This document shows positions 26,016-41,024 of a stretch of 64,000 nt of DNA, one piece after another. Source of the DNA: Eledone cirrhosa. Taxonomy: Eukaryota. The notes beneath the pieces are model-generated. The model was not told the origin of the DNA. It did not search any database and worked only from the letters and a program-made list of their open reading frames with translations. The number at the start of each line of letters is the position of its first letter. Within the stretch, counting starts at the first letter, position 1. The stretch spans positions 82,460,001-82,524,000 of the forward strand of contig OZ024747.1 of assembly GCA_964016885.1 (NCBI GenBank), written 5' to 3'. The position numbers and the translations under genes are program-made.

Positions 26016-28158
26016 TTAGGCCGAAACCATGTATTGTCATTCGTGAGTTCCTGCGTGTGGACGCGTCTTCAGACGAGAGTGGTTTAATATGGCGAATAAG
26101 AAAACAACTCCGTGTTTATATAAAGATATTGAACACGACATACATGACCCATTGTTTGAACACGGCATCTCATTATTAAAGCCTACCGTGCAATTTTAAT
26201 TCAGAAGAAAATATTGCCAGATAACAGTAGAAGGAAGACCATAAAAAATGACCAATGAAATAAAATATTAAATAATGTGAGACAAGATAATAAAATGTTT
26301 CTAAAATAAAGTTATGTGTAAGGCCTTGTTTAGCTAATTGGACGTGTAAGTTCTGTTTATGTCTTTTTTCACCTTATTCAATTGGAGTCTTGAGAAAACA
26401 TTCTTTTGAGTAAAGCACATAACTTCAAGCAAATAATAATAATGATTTCTGATTTAGGCACAAGGCCAACCATTTTCGAGGAGAGGGAGTCGATTAAAAC
26501 GGTTACTGGTACTTTATTTTATCGAGCCTGTAAGGATAATAATGTGTGTGTGTTGTGTGTGTGTGAGTGTGAATGTGAGTGCGTGAGTGAGTGTGTGAGG
26601 TGTGTGTGTGTGTGAGTGCGTGAAGTGTGTGTGTGTGAGTGTGTGAAGTGTGTGTGTGTGTGTGTGTGTGAGGTGTGTGTGTGTGAGATTTCTTCAAATG
26701 TTTACCTGATCACGAAATTAAAGCAGCTAATCCTACCTCTGTAACCTTTGGGTTTCTGGTCTTATATTGTCAGTTAACCTTTTTACCCTTTCAATGTTTC
26801 TGGTTGCTGTATCTAACAGATGGAATGACAATGTGGGCTCTGAGAAGGTGGAATGGTGGGGTAATATACTTTATTTAGGATCATTTAAGCTATGGTTTTC
26901 GTGGGTACATAAGATGTGTTGATAAGTGAGACAACAATGGGAGGAGAACGCTACTACACATTTGAATTATTAGATAGACTAACACCCAGTTGCTGTTGAT
27001 ATATGATTTCATTATGCAATCTAAAGCCTTGGTGTCGTAAATGGGAGCGATTATTTACATAATAATATATCTTCTAGCTTCCGAGTTTTGACAACGCCAA
27101 AAATAAAACTGATGACAATTCAACAATTATTTTGGTTAACGTGTACTTTTAATATGAAATAGTTTAATGGAGTCTATAAGTCTACTTAAATTGGTTTCTA
27201 CTATTAGAAATATATTGGCAAAGATTTTAATGTATTTCTTTTTTCTTTATTTTTAATTGAGTGGAGTCGTTAGAGAGGAGTTTAAATGTATTATTTTGAT
27301 GTAGTTATTGTTGCAATCATTTAGCCATAGACATTCCAGCCCTTCTTTTCTAGGAATATCTAGAATTACATTATTTACTGCGAGATCTGTTTCGGCTCAG
27401 CGCGTTGAGTTAGTGTCTCACATCTTGTCAATGGATGACGCTTCTATAGGGAGTCGTGATCGGCAGATAGTATCAACAATGGAGAGAACAAAGAAAACAG
27501 TTTTTTTTTGTCTAATCAGACGAAAACCTTCTCTCTTTTCCTTTACTTATTTTAGATAGTAGGATGTAATTTGGGAGATATATGGCTGGTATTTCTAGTA
27601 GGGTAAGTAACCAGAAAAATGCTGTCCTGTTTACCATATCAAAGATATCTGGTATTTCCTTCTTGTTTTTTTATTTTTTTATTTGTTCTTATGGTGAAGT
27701 TTCTGAACAGTAAATCAGACAAGTGGAGTCAATAGGGCGCTAACGGTTTTTGGACGTATATTAAAAAAATCAATATTCTTTCTGTCAGCAAAGGGGGCAA
27801 GATATTAAACTTTGAAAATATGCAAATTAATTTCTTAAGCAAATATCATGGGAAAAGAAACTAAAGCATAAATGGAGTGGGAAGTGAAAAGGAACCAGCA
27901 ACAACAGCCATATAAATATACAAGATGAAAGCAAATGAGATCGAGTTCTTTTATGAAAGCAGTATTCAGCTCAACTGTCTCTGAACTGTTCATCGTGGGA
28001 ATATTGTTAAAATACTCAAGTAAAAACAACAACAACAACAACAACAACAACAGTACCGACAACAACAGCAACAACATAAGTAATATTTATGTTCAACGTA
28101 ATCATTGTCTGTATATTGCACATCCTGCTGTGGTTTAGGGTTAGGAATCTACTGACAA

Positions 28159-28202
<44 letters not shown>

Positions 28203-28449
28203 CGGTTCTTGTAGTAACAGAAGCAGTTGTGATAATGGTGGTGGTGGTTGTAGAAGCAGTAGTATTAATGATAGATTGTGGTGGTTATCGTAGAAGATGA
28301 AGAAAACGAAATAGAAAACAACAACACTACTACTGCTACTACTACTGCTACTGCTACTACTACTACTACTAATAATAATAATAATACTACTACTACTACT
28401 ACTACTAATACTACTACTACTACTAAAACTACTACTACTAATAATAATA

Positions 28450-28785
28450 ATAATGCTTTCTTATATAGGCACAAGGCCAGCAATTTTGGGGGTGGGAAAA
28501 GTCGATTAAATCGATCCCAGTGCGTGACTGGTACTTTATTTTATTGACCCCGTAAGGATGAAAGGCAAAGTTTACCTCGGCGGGATTTCAACTCGGTCTG
28601 TAAAGGGACGCAACTCTATTCTGCAAAGAATGGCGTCTGACACTCTACCGATACTTGCAATCCACCGCCCTTATAATAATAATAATAATAATTGTTTCTA
28701 CTTTAGGCACAAGGCCAGCAATTACCCAGTGCATTATTTTATCGACCCCGTAAGGATGAAAGGCAAAGTTAACCTCGGCGGGATA
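28450..28785 (-). mobile_element. SINE family A, two tandem copies (long plus truncated short)
   Basis: Same motifs; inserted in (ACT)n/(AAT)n tract. Confidence 0.9.
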
Positions 28786-29171
28786 ATGTTCAGTTACTTC
28801 TCATTTGTTTTCAATATGTGACGACCTCTATCTCTTAATTTACATAAAATTAAAATCGATAATATTCAAGGAGCAACAACATAGTGCAGCATATTACAAT
28901 AATAGTACATTAGCATAACGCTTAAACGGGAAAAAAAGGAGAAAAATATTTATGTTATTAACGTTTCGGATGTTAGTCTTTTATCTGAAAGAATACTTTT
29001 AAAGAGGTAAATTTTTGAAGAGAGAGGAAAGACGAAAATAATTATTATAAATCTGCAAAGAATGTATGAGAGACAAACATGCCATGTGTGTCAAGTAGCA
29101 GTATGTTGAAATCTGATATCAGAGAGGGCTGGAATTGCATTTAGCCTGAGAGTGAGAGAGTGTGTGCGTGT

Positions 29172-29219
<48 letters not shown>

Positions 29220-29254
29220 GTATGTATGTATGTATCTATATATATGTATGTATG

Positions 29255-29339
<85 letters not shown>

Positions 29340-29609
29340 ATAATAATAAATTTGAAGACTAAATATATATATTGGCGTCTTGAATAGACCTGTTTTGTAG
29401 ATTTTTTGTAGATTTTGTTTTTTGTTTCTGTCGCTGCCCACTCAGGTCTATTTCTCTATTTCTTCTTTAATGTCTCATTGTATTTCTAATGAAGGACTAA
29501 CGTCTGAAACCTTAAGACTTTTTTCCTACTATATCAAGTGTAAAACGAATATATTTCTTCATTGCACTGTGTCGTTTGCTTTGCTATTTCTGTTTGCCTT
29601 TTGCATGTA

Positions 29610-29669
<60 letters not shown>

Positions 29670-29842
29670 ACCATGATATGTTAACGTTATCATTTGGACA
29701 GTCACATGAGCTTTCTATATAGAGAGTTTAATGTAAGAGGACCGAGAGGCTTTGGCATAAATTAAGAGTTCCTAATATATGAAACTTTCTGCCTATGAAC
29801 TTCCCAGCCGACCCTCGTAGAGTATTTCTCGTCGGCTAGAAA

Positions 29843-29990
29843 CAGTGCAGGATTTAGGACAAATGAGGCACTGTGCTAGTTAAGTTATGAGGCCCTTTAC
29901 TTGGGCCCTAAGCAGGTAAGAAATTTGGGGTAGGAAGATGCGGGGCCCTGTGCTTAAACACATCAAAGCACGATAGTAAATCCAGCACTG
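29843..29990. mobile_element. hAT-like MITE
   Basis: TIR CAGTGCAGGATTTA / TAAATCCAGCACTG; perfect 8-bp TSD GCTAGAAA (29835-29842, 29991-29998). Confidence 0.88.
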
Positions 29991-30483
29991 GCTAGAAATA
30001 GTTACTATTGATGTTGTTTAGCTGCCTGCTAGCTGTGATTGAACAGATCTTTGATAAATTCTTTGTAGCTGTGACCGCCGTTGTTTTTGTTGTTGTTGTT
30101 GTTTTGTATATCAAGGAATTTGTCATCCCATCTTTTTATACAAACACAGTCTGTCTAGTTTTATATTATCCAGCGCGAGTGTCTTAGTCAGGATATATGC
30201 GTATATATATAAACTAGAAGTGATATCACCGGAAATTATCATAGGAAACAAATTTCTTTGATACAGAGTGATATATACATATAAAAAACATGTGCCTGTG
30301 TGTACGTATATGCGTGTACGTGTGTGCTTGTGTGTGCTTGTGTGCTTGTGTGTGTGTGGGGGGGGGGGGGGCCTGTGCACCATTCTTGTTTTTATTTACA
30401 AGTATAACTGTCCTTGCAACAAAGTAGAAATAAAAAGAAAAGGAAGTGAGAAAGACCTAAGACAGTTATAAACAAAGGGCATA

Positions 30484-30537
<54 letters not shown>

Positions 30538-30542
30538 GGAGG

Positions 30543-30594
<52 letters not shown>

Positions 30595-31197
30595 GTGTCT
30601 GTGTTTGTATGTGTGTGTTTACGTGATAAAAGCAGTGTGTGAGTGTTGGTAAGAGCGATATATTTGATATCAATGTCTCAAGTTAAAAGAAAATAATTGC
30701 CTTGCCAAAGAAAATTTGTGTAATTGCGACATAAAATTGGATGAAATGTTCTTGTTGTGTATTTACCATTAAACTCTTTGTCAAATCAAATCCGCCATAA
30801 TGGAGGTGTTTATTTTGCTGATCTGGATGCCAAGTGAATTTTGTTTTGGTTTCTTATTTTTGTTTTGTTTTTGTGTGTGTGTGTGTGTTTTTTTTAATCT
30901 ATTTTATGCTGGTTCAGTGTTGGCAGTCATACAGCATTTTGTGTGTGCATAGTAGAGTACTGTGTTTATAAACGTGTGGTGACTTTGAGCGGTTGATTGC
31001 ATGTATAAATTGGCATATAGTAGTTGAGCGTACCTCTAATATCCAGATATATGTGTGTGTGTATGTGAGTATGTAATCTATCTATCTATCTCTATCTCTA
31101 TATATATATATATGTAATCTCACTTTCTCTCTCTCTATATATATATATATGTAATCTATCTATTTATCTATATATATATATATATATATGTATATGT

Positions 31198-31290
<93 letters not shown>

Positions 31291-31587
31291 TATAAAAGCT
31301 ATATACTTATTTGCACAGTAATTTGAAAGGTAAGGTAAATCCTTTAAATATACAAACTATTTAGCATAGCGTTGGTAGGAAAAGTAAACAAAGTGGAGAG
31401 ATAGATCGATTTGTTTAGTTTAAGATTTGGTTTAAGTTTTCATCGGAGAAAGATTACTAATTTTCTATTTCCCATGAGATTAGTAGCTTATACTTATTTA
31501 TGGAGTATATAAATTAACTAATTAAAATGCTGTATCTGATTTCCATAATAGTGTTGTTGGCGCTGGCAACGTGAAACAAAAATTAAT

Positions 31588-31764
<177 letters not shown>

Positions 31765-31960
31765 ATATATATATATATATGTTAAAAACGTTGACTAATC
31801 AGGGTTGTGTGTGCAACACAGCAATCAGTGAACGATGATGCAATTAGATTTATGTACTCGACATCATGTCTATTCTTCAAAATACGGCCCTTGATAATGG
31901 AAATATCAAGTCCATCTCTTCCCTTAACCACAGATTGTATTGCATTAGCAACATAACAAG

Positions 31961-32016
31961 CGTCTGATGACGTCGAGTATCACGTAATCATGAACTCCAC
32001 AGAAATATGTATAACG
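31961..32016 (+). ncRNA. Putative minimal type I hammerhead ribozyme
   Basis: CGT-CTGATGA-CGTCGAGT..ACTCCACA-GAAAT-ATGT-ATA^-ACG; same stem III as the 24333-24399 motif; short stem I. Confidence 0.55.
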
Positions 32017-32069
32017 GCTGATTATAAAAAAAAGGAATTATCAATATCTATATCGCAGTCATCATTATA

Positions 32070-32135
32070 TACGGGGTCGATAAAATAAAGTACCAGTAAT
32101 ACACTAATTGCTGGCCTTGTGTCAAAAGTAGAAAC

Positions 32136-32140
<5 letters not shown>
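32070..32140 (+). mobile_element. SINE family A 3' fragment
   Basis: ACGGGGTCGATAAAATAAAGTACCAG...GGCCTTGTGTC. Confidence 0.85.
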
Positions 32141-32198
<58 letters not shown>

Positions 32199-32208
32199 TA
32201 TATATATA

Positions 32209-32394
32209 TCAAAATGGATGCAGTAAAAACCTGTATAGACCATTACTCACCAGAGTACTCGATACTTGGGGTAGTAGAATGTGGTAATATGAAAGAGTCG
32301 GGATCCCGATGGCTGAGGCCTTGCCGTTTCAACAGCTAGATCCGAACTAGCTTTTGAAAAGACAAGAGGTCGGCCGTCGGGGTCTGACTATTTC

Positions 32395-32398
<4 letters not shown>
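32209..32398 (-). mobile_element. Family P copy 3 (diverged)
   Basis: Tail GAGTACTCGATACTTGGGGTAGTAGA plus degraded palindrome centred at CTAGATCCGAACTAG; (TA)n flanks. Confidence 0.65.
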
Positions 32399-32447
<49 letters not shown>

Positions 32448-32449
<2 letters not shown>

Positions 32450-32661
32450 CGAAGGAAATGTGGTAAGGAACCAGGTGGACCATAACGCACCAAAGTACTC
32501 AATACTTGAGGTAGTAGAGTGGGTAATAGGAACCAGTAAGACCCCGACAGCTGAGCTCAAGCCGTTTCGACGGCTAATTCTGGACTAAAGACATTCTGGA
32601 CATTTAGTCCAGAATTAGCCGTCGAAACGGCTTGAGCTCAGCTGTCGGGGTCTTACTGGTT

Positions 32662-32664
<3 letters not shown>
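32448..32664 (-). mobile_element. Family P copy 4
   Basis: Tail nearly identical to copy 1; about 63-bp perfect inverted arms with 13-nt spacer; (TA)n flanks. Confidence 0.78.
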
Positions 32665-32758
<94 letters not shown>

Positions 32759-33556
32759 TTAGGTTTGTTGGTTCACCACTGGATAGAACTGGTCATTCCG
32801 TATGGTCAGCCTCGATGTAATATTATGGAGAGCACTCAACGTAATGCAACTCACCCGTCTTCGTTAGTGTAGTTGGTGGTGCGAGTACGGAATTAATTAT
32901 TATAAAATAATAATATATATATATAAACATATATATAGAGAGATATAGATTTATGTATATAAATTTTTCACATAAATGTGTAAACGCTTTTACGTGCAGA
33001 GACGCTTTAGATACAAACATGATTGTTAATCAAATATGTTTGATTAAACGTCAATTGAACTACTTCAATTTTTCTCCAACTCCTAGAATACATAATTTTA
33101 TGGTTGTTGAAATATGGAAAATTATTCTCCCTAAATGCTTTACGAGTAGCGTATTTACGTGTGTGGGTAGAATTGATAACACAGCCATTTCGATTTGTTT
33201 GCTATTCATATTAATATTCTTCATATTGATATTATATATTCTAATCAGACATTCAAAATCGGGTTTCAGAACGAGAAATTCAAAAATCAAAGAAACGTTA
33301 AGATTTAATTCTAACATTTTAGCATATATCATTCTGTAAGATACAAACATACAGAAATATGAATATTCATATTGCATTCCGAATACCTCCTTCAACATTA
33401 TCTCTGTTTATTTAGTTCATATATTCCGAACTATTTATAAACATACTTCTCTATCATTTAAACGTATATCATTTCCGTTTAAATGATTGCAAGTGTTTAG
33501 TAATCCTCAACACAAGTGCTTTAATTATGCACGGTTATATATATATATATAAATAT

Positions 33557-33659
33557 ATAGGTTGTCCTAAAAAATGTATGCTCACTTTGATTACCTGTAT
33601 AAGCAATATTTATTAGAATGCTGTTGAAATGTGTATAGTTTTTATGGGACACCCTGTAT
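33557..33659. mobile_element. Tc1/mariner-type MITE
   Basis: TA-flanked TIRs (TAGGTTGTCCTAAAAAA / TTTATGGGACACCCTG); second copy at 49542-49643. Confidence 0.8.
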
Positions 33660-33751
33660 ATATATATATATATATATGAAGCTAATACACTATGTACATG
33701 ACTCCTGCGTTTGTTTGTTTGTCATTTTGAACTATATATATATATATATAT

Positions 33752-33965
33752 AGTAATAATAATAAATTTGAAGACTAAAATCCAAAGAGGGCTCGATAAG
33801 GATAAATATATATCAAATATATAAGAACCTTAGAGCAAATATTTATTAAAATAACAGATTAAAGTTTAAGCAAAGAATCACTGCTTTCACCCTTAACGGG
33901 ATCTTGATCCCGTTAAGGGTGAAAGCAGCGATTCTTTGCTTAAACTTTAATCTGTTATTTTAATA
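33752..33965. mobile_element. PLE-like fold-back element (tail plus 60-bp arms)
   Basis: Arms 33844-33903 / 33906-33965 with one mismatch; start AGTAATAATAATAAATTTGAAGACTAAA shared with 29337; (TA)n flanks. Confidence 0.65.
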
Positions 33966-33989
33966 TATATATATATATATATACATGGT

Positions 33990-34595
33990 GGCTGCCAACT
34001 CGTTTTCGAGTACAGCCACTACTTTATATCCGTGTAGGAGAATCCCTACCGATGCGCTGAACGAGTGTGACTTTTTAGTCCAGCCAGCGACTTGAAAACT
34101 CTGGTACAAACACTACACTTGTAACAATTATTGAAACATAGTGCTGGGCCCATGGTACCATGTGAGGACAAGTGCAGAGAGATCTCCACATATAAAGCAA
34201 TGCCTGTGCCGTGAAGCTTTTATAGTGAGCAAAAACACTGCATAAAGCCAGTCCCACTCTCTTAACCAAGATGATATTTACCAAAAAGAAGAACAAGTCA
34301 ACATCATTGGATACCATCAGGGTTGCAAGTGTTATATCAGAGTTTTCCTTCTCCTAGAATTCTGCCTTGACAAAGGCTAAGGGGTCATCTCTCCCGGTGA
34401 TTTTGGATGGCCATTGACTCTTAAGAGCTCCTTTGCCCTTTGACATGTTTTGTTTTTAGTCCTGCAGTATGTCCAAAGTCACCCTCCTCACCAAGAAACC
34501 TTGGTGGGGTTGCCAGTTTAGTCGCCAACGACCCGACCATGAGACAGGTTGTACTGGGATACATGTTACCAGTAGCACCAACTGGTGACCTGACA
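33990..34595 (-). mobile_element. Probable RTE-clade LINE 5' UTR fragment
   Basis: Minus strand has CTAGGAGAAGGAAAACTCTGA, a motif I recognise from RTE 5' regions; abuts an (ACAT)n tract. Confidence 0.5.
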
Positions 34596-34667
34596 TATAA
34601 ACATACATACATACATACATTCAAACATACATACATACATACATACATACATACATACATACATACA

Positions 34668-34703
<36 letters not shown>

Positions 34704-36161
34704 TATATATTCGTACGTGTGTATGTGTCTTATAGTATATGTGTCTGTGTGTGTGTGTGTTCGTGTGAGGGTGTCTGTATGTGTACATTATTCGTTATAT
34801 CCATTTAATTCTTATTTGTAATCACAATGACCAATAAAATGATCATCTCAATCTTCTCAATTGTTTTACACACAATTTGACGGCCATTTAACCTTGTCAC
34901 ACATTTACAAAGTGTGACACATTAATATTTTTTTACGATAATATTCCAAGACTATGAATAAAATACAGATTTTCAATTTACACACAAGGCCAACAAATTT
35001 TCGGGGAGAACAATGGTGATTAAATAAACCCTAGTATTTAACTGGTATTTATTTTATGCAACGCTCTACTAATTTAGCCACTCCAGCATATCCAGAATAT
35101 GAATCAGATATTTATGATATTAAACATTATAAACTTTCTAAACAAGATGAAACCGAAGAAGTCTTATGAAAACTATCAACACCAAGACTCTAAAATATAG
35201 TGATGACATGAAGAATGCTATTGTATGATCAGTTCCTACGGTAGCCAAATCATCGGTGTGTAAAAACAGTATTAACAGACACCAACTACTGGAGAGATGG
35301 AGGCGATGACAGCGGGAGTTCGGCTCTTCCCCATTCGGACCATATCCTTGTGGTTGTGTTCATTTAGCAGTTAATGAGTCTGTTTATGTATAGACTCTAT
35401 ATCTCTTGTGTCACCACTGTATAGAGTTCCCATCTATAACTTTTCTACATATTGAAAATGCCTGATAGTTGCAGATAAAGGAGTGGGGACTGGGACGAGG
35501 ATAAATGGGTAGAGAGGATATTGAAATAAGCATTTGAGAAAAACAAAGACAATTACAGTAGCGATAGAAAAGTCGGGAGAGAAGGAACATCGTGTATGTG
35601 AGTTTGTTAGTGAACGAATCTTTGCCAAACAGAGAAATGTATTTCTTTTGGCTGTGGTCCGAGATATCATAAATAACAGCGGCATCTTCCCTTTCGTAAC
35701 AGTATTTCTAATGAAAAACACTTTATTGCAATTAATTAAAGAAGAATTTGAAGAGATCTACCAAGACAGTAAGTTAACATATGGTCTTTATTTAAACTTG
35801 TGTTGGTAAATTGTAATTTAAAGAGGGCCCCTATAAAATGTGTGGTTTTGTTTCATAGAACCAGAGCCGATTTGGGGTTAATATGCCATTTTACCTGACC
35901 TGTATTGAAATCTAATGATCTGTCGTGACTGAAATAGTTCTTAGTTCTAATTTTACTATTGTCAGGTATTCTGACAAGCTTATATATATATGTATTTATG
36001 TTGAATGGCTGGTACTTGAGTTTCGCCGAGTTAATGGCTGGTACTTGAGTTTCGCCGAGTTAATGGCTACATCAGTCTGGTGGCTGGTGGCTCGGTTATA
36101 CTCAAATATCAATCAATTAAGAGACATTTTTCTCATTTTCATACCTATATATCAACAACCC

Positions 36162-36215
<54 letters not shown>

Positions 36216-36612
36216 AAATACACACACAGAGGCACACATATGGTTTTAGTGGAGAAAAGTAGTTACACTATTTTTTGCTGCTGATGATGATGATCATGAT
36301 GATGATGATCATGATGATGAGGATGATGATGATGGTGGTGATAATGAAAAGGACAATGAGGAGAACGATAATAAATACGGAGAGAAGAAATTCTAAACTG
36401 TTTGCTATGTGGAAGATACTGAAATTTAAAACAGATTGCCTTTTAAATTCAATTAACTAAACATCGTGTTATGTATTGGAGTTATATTTTATTAATTTTT
36501 CACTTCATTAACTCTTCTGAAACATCATTCACATTGGTTTTGTGAGTCTAGGTTGTGTATCGTCTGCTTCTCATGTATATACATACATAAATATATATAT
36601 ATATATATATAA

Positions 36613-36768
<156 letters not shown>

Positions 36769-36787
36769 GTATATATATATATGTATG

Positions 36788-37216
<429 letters not shown>

Positions 37217-37227
37217 TATATATATAT

Positions 37228-37397
37228 AAGTTTATCCCGGGTTCAATCGGGGGTAACCACAGTAAGTAAGGTACTCAATACAAAGCAGAGTATAAATATT
37301 TAATATAGAAATGGCTTCTATAGACTAAAACTGTTTCATTCGGGAAAAATCATCAGGACGCTCCCGAATGAAACAGTTCTAGTCCTCTAGAAGCCTT
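37228..37397. mobile_element. PLE-like fold-back element with partial hammerhead
   Basis: Arms 37313-37345 / 37362-37395; minus strand CTGATGA..GAAACAG..GTC; tail contains GTACTCAATAC like family P. Confidence 0.6.
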
Positions 37398-37649
37398 TTA
37401 TATATATATATTTGTGTGTGTGATTGTCTGTACACACACACACATACGCAGAAATATATATTATTGGTTAGGGTGTTAGTCTTACGAACATAATGTCGTG
37501 GGTTTGTTTCCTGTCCAGGTGTGGTGTTGCTCTTGTAGCTGGCCATGAGTAACAGCACCACCGATAGACTAGAGTGTTGTCCACGTGTGTTGTATTGTTC
37601 TCTCACTCGCTTAACACCGATGAACTTGGAACAGATTCTTGATTTAACT

Positions 37650-37682
<33 letters not shown>

Positions 37683-38471
37683 CAACAATATCATCAGTAA
37701 GCCTGACCCTTGTACAACCTTTGGACTTGCTTGGAAATACTTGACAGATCTAAAATGTCATGGAGTTTGAAGCCAACTAGTAATCCTTTATGTGGTACTT
37801 GTCTTGCTAAAATTTACAAAGGTCACTTTAAAAAGGGAAGTATTTTTAGTCATTAGTACACTGCCTGAATAAAAGACCGGATTGCTACGGTTTAAATGCC
37901 TTGGGGTCTTGAGCAAGTGTCTTTATCATGCGACCCAGGACTTGTGAATGATTTTGTCGAAGCCCGTCGGGTCTATTGCACATGTAGTTCAAATGTCCAG
38001 CTCTGCCACATATTGGGTCACGGTGATTGAAATTTACGTTAATCATATATGCTTTTGTGAAATACTCAACAAGATATATGCCACGTTAATTCACGTGTCA
38101 GGCGAACATTTGATCAAATGATTGCATGCTCATCTCTGAACCCGACATTGGATCTGAGTTCAGCAACGGTTAAACAACAACAATTCTTTCTTACTTTAAT
38201 TTGAAGTATTGAAACTTGAAATGCTGACCGTTCAATACATAAAACAAAAACAAAAACAAACTTAATTTCCAGCATTCAAGCCACTTATACGAATTATATA
38301 TTTCATTTATCTGTGTACATATGTAATTGTATGTGAAGATGAGTGTAAGAACATCTGTATGTGTGGGTATGTGCAAATATATGTATGTGTGTGTGTGTGT
38401 ATGGATAGAGTAAAAGAAATAAAGACTGGAGTTTGTAATTTTGAATTAGAGGACTTTCTATATATATATAT

Positions 38472-39000
38472 ATGTGTGAGTGTACACACATATGTGTGAG
38501 TGTACAGATATATGTGTGAGTGTACAGATATATGTGTGAGTGTACACACATATGTGTGAGTGTACAGATATATGTGTGAGTGTACAGATATATGTGTGAG
38601 TGTACACACATATGTGTGAGTGTACACACATATGTGTGAGTGTACACACATATGTGTGAGTGTACACATATGTGTGAGTGTACAGATATATGTGTGAGTG
38701 TACAGATATATGTGTGAGTGTACAGATATATGTGTGAGTGTACACACATATGTGTGAGTGTACACACATATGTGTGAGTGTACACACATATGTGTGAGTG
38801 TACACATATGTGTGAGTGTACAGATATATGTGTGAGTGTACAGATATATGTGTGAGTGTACAGATATATGTGTGAGTGTACACACATATGTGTGAGTGTA
38901 CACACATATGTGTGAGTGTACACACATATGTGTGAGTGTACACATATGTGTGAGTGTACACACATATGTGTGCGAGTACACATATGTGTGAGTCTACACA
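38472..39000. repeat. 20-bp minisatellite (ATGTGTGAGTGTACACACAT / ...CAGATAT)n
   Basis: Direct; two variant units plus an 18-bp unit recurring in blocks. Confidence 0.95.
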
Positions 39001-39439
39001 TGTGTGTGTTATGTTTATATGTGTGTATTTACGTATATATGAATGTGCATCTATGTATGAATGTTTGAATGTACGCATGTGTGTATGTGTGTATGAATAT
39101 CTGTATGTTTGTATGTACATATATGTATTATTAGATATGTGTATGGATGTATTTATGGGCGTATGTGTGTATGAATATTTGTATGTACATATGTATGTAT
39201 GCATGTGTGAGGATGTATTAATGTGCGCATGTGTGTATGTAGGTTCGGATATACGTGTGTATGAATGTAAGCGCGCGTATATCTATCTGATTATGTGTGT
39301 GTGTGCTAACAATAATATATATGTGTATGTATGTGTTAATATATTGTATATGTGTGTGTGTGTTTGAAGGGTTCTTTAAGCTATTAGATAGAAGACATCA
39401 GAATTAACAATAGCCAGACCAGACATAAACGTCTCATAT

Positions 39440-40210
39440 TAACACCACCACCACCACTACTATCACGACTATCACCGCCATCACCACTACTACCACCACC
39501 ACTACCACTACCACTACCACCATCACTGACACTACCACCACCACCACCACCACTACCACCATCACTGACACTACCACCACCACCACCACCACACCACCTC
39601 CACTACAACCCACCACCACCACCACCAATACTACCACCACCACCACCACCACACCACCTCCACTACAACCCACCACCACCACCACCAATACTACCACCAC
39701 CACCAATACTACCACCACCACCACACCACCTCCACTACAACCCACCACCACCACCACTACTACCACCACCACCACCACCATCACTGACACCACCACCACC
39801 ACACCACCTCCACCACCACTACTATCACCTCCACCACCACTACCACCACCATCACCACCTCCACTACAACCCACCACCACCGCCATCATCACCATTACTA
39901 TCACCACCATAACCACTACTACCACCACCATCACCACTAACACCACCACTACTATCACCACCATCACCACTACTACCACCACCATCACCACTACTATCAC
40001 CACCACCATCACTGACACCACCACCACCACAACCACCACCACTACTACCACCACCACCACCACTACCACCATCACTGACACTACCACCATCACCACCACT
40101 ACCACCACCATCACTGCCTCCACTACAACCCACCACCACCACCACCACCACCATTACCACCACCATCACCACTACTACCACCACCACCACCACCACCACC
40201 ACTATCACTA
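39440..40210. repeat. (CCA)n/(CTA)n-derived low-complexity array
   Basis: Direct. Confidence 0.93.
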
Positions 40211-40566
40211 CTCTCTCTTACTCTTTCAAATTTCTCTCTTTCTCTCTATTATGCTATATGTTGTTTTCTATCAGTTCATTAATCTATCAATTAATCCCTC
40301 TCTTTCTTCCCCAACTCTCTCTGTCTATCTTTCTATCTCTCTCTCTCTCTCTTTTTCTCTCTCTCTCTCTCCCTCTCTCACTCTGTCTCCCTCTCTCACT
40401 CTGTCTCCCTCTCTCTCTCTCTCTCTCTAGCAATGTCTTTCTTTCTATTTCTCTTTTCACACACACACACACAGACTAACACACACAGACACACTCACAC
40501 ACAAACAGACACTCACACAAACAAACACATCCTCTCTCTCTCATCCACTCTCTCACCCTCCCTCTC

Positions 40567-40604
<38 letters not shown>

Positions 40605-40917
40605 TGCTTCTTTCTCTCTCTCTCTCTGCTTCTTTCTCTCACTCTCTAACTCTCTCTTTCAATCAATCTATCTGTCTCTTGCTTTCAGACCCGCACCTTT
40701 GCGCATGCTCTCTCTATGTCCCTCTCTAACGTTCTTTAAATCTCTCTCTACTTATTTCACTTTGTCCTTCTTTCGCTCTGCCTATCTATTTTTCTATCAC
40801 TGTCTCTTTATTCCTCTTTTTCTCTCTTTATCATTCCCTCTCCCTCTCTCACTCTCTCTCTCTATATATATATATATCGGTCTATCGGTCTATGTAGCTA
40901 TGTATAACCATCTCCCC

Positions 40918-40954
<37 letters not shown>

Positions 40955-40985
40955 TGACTATTTCAGTCTATGAAGCTATGTATAA

Positions 40986-41024
<39 letters not shown>

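Noticed and set aside
36005-36068. Direct duplication of AATGGCTGGTACTTGAGTTTCGCCGAGTT
   Set aside because: Simple two-copy local slippage with no further structure.
38303-39204. His/Cys-rich ORFs suggestive of zinc fingers
   Set aside because: Translation of a 20-bp minisatellite; no C2H2 spacing or linker.
39434-40208. Poly-Val/Gly (or Thr/Pro/His mucin-like) ORFs
   Set aside because: (CCA)n low-complexity array with frame-shifting units.
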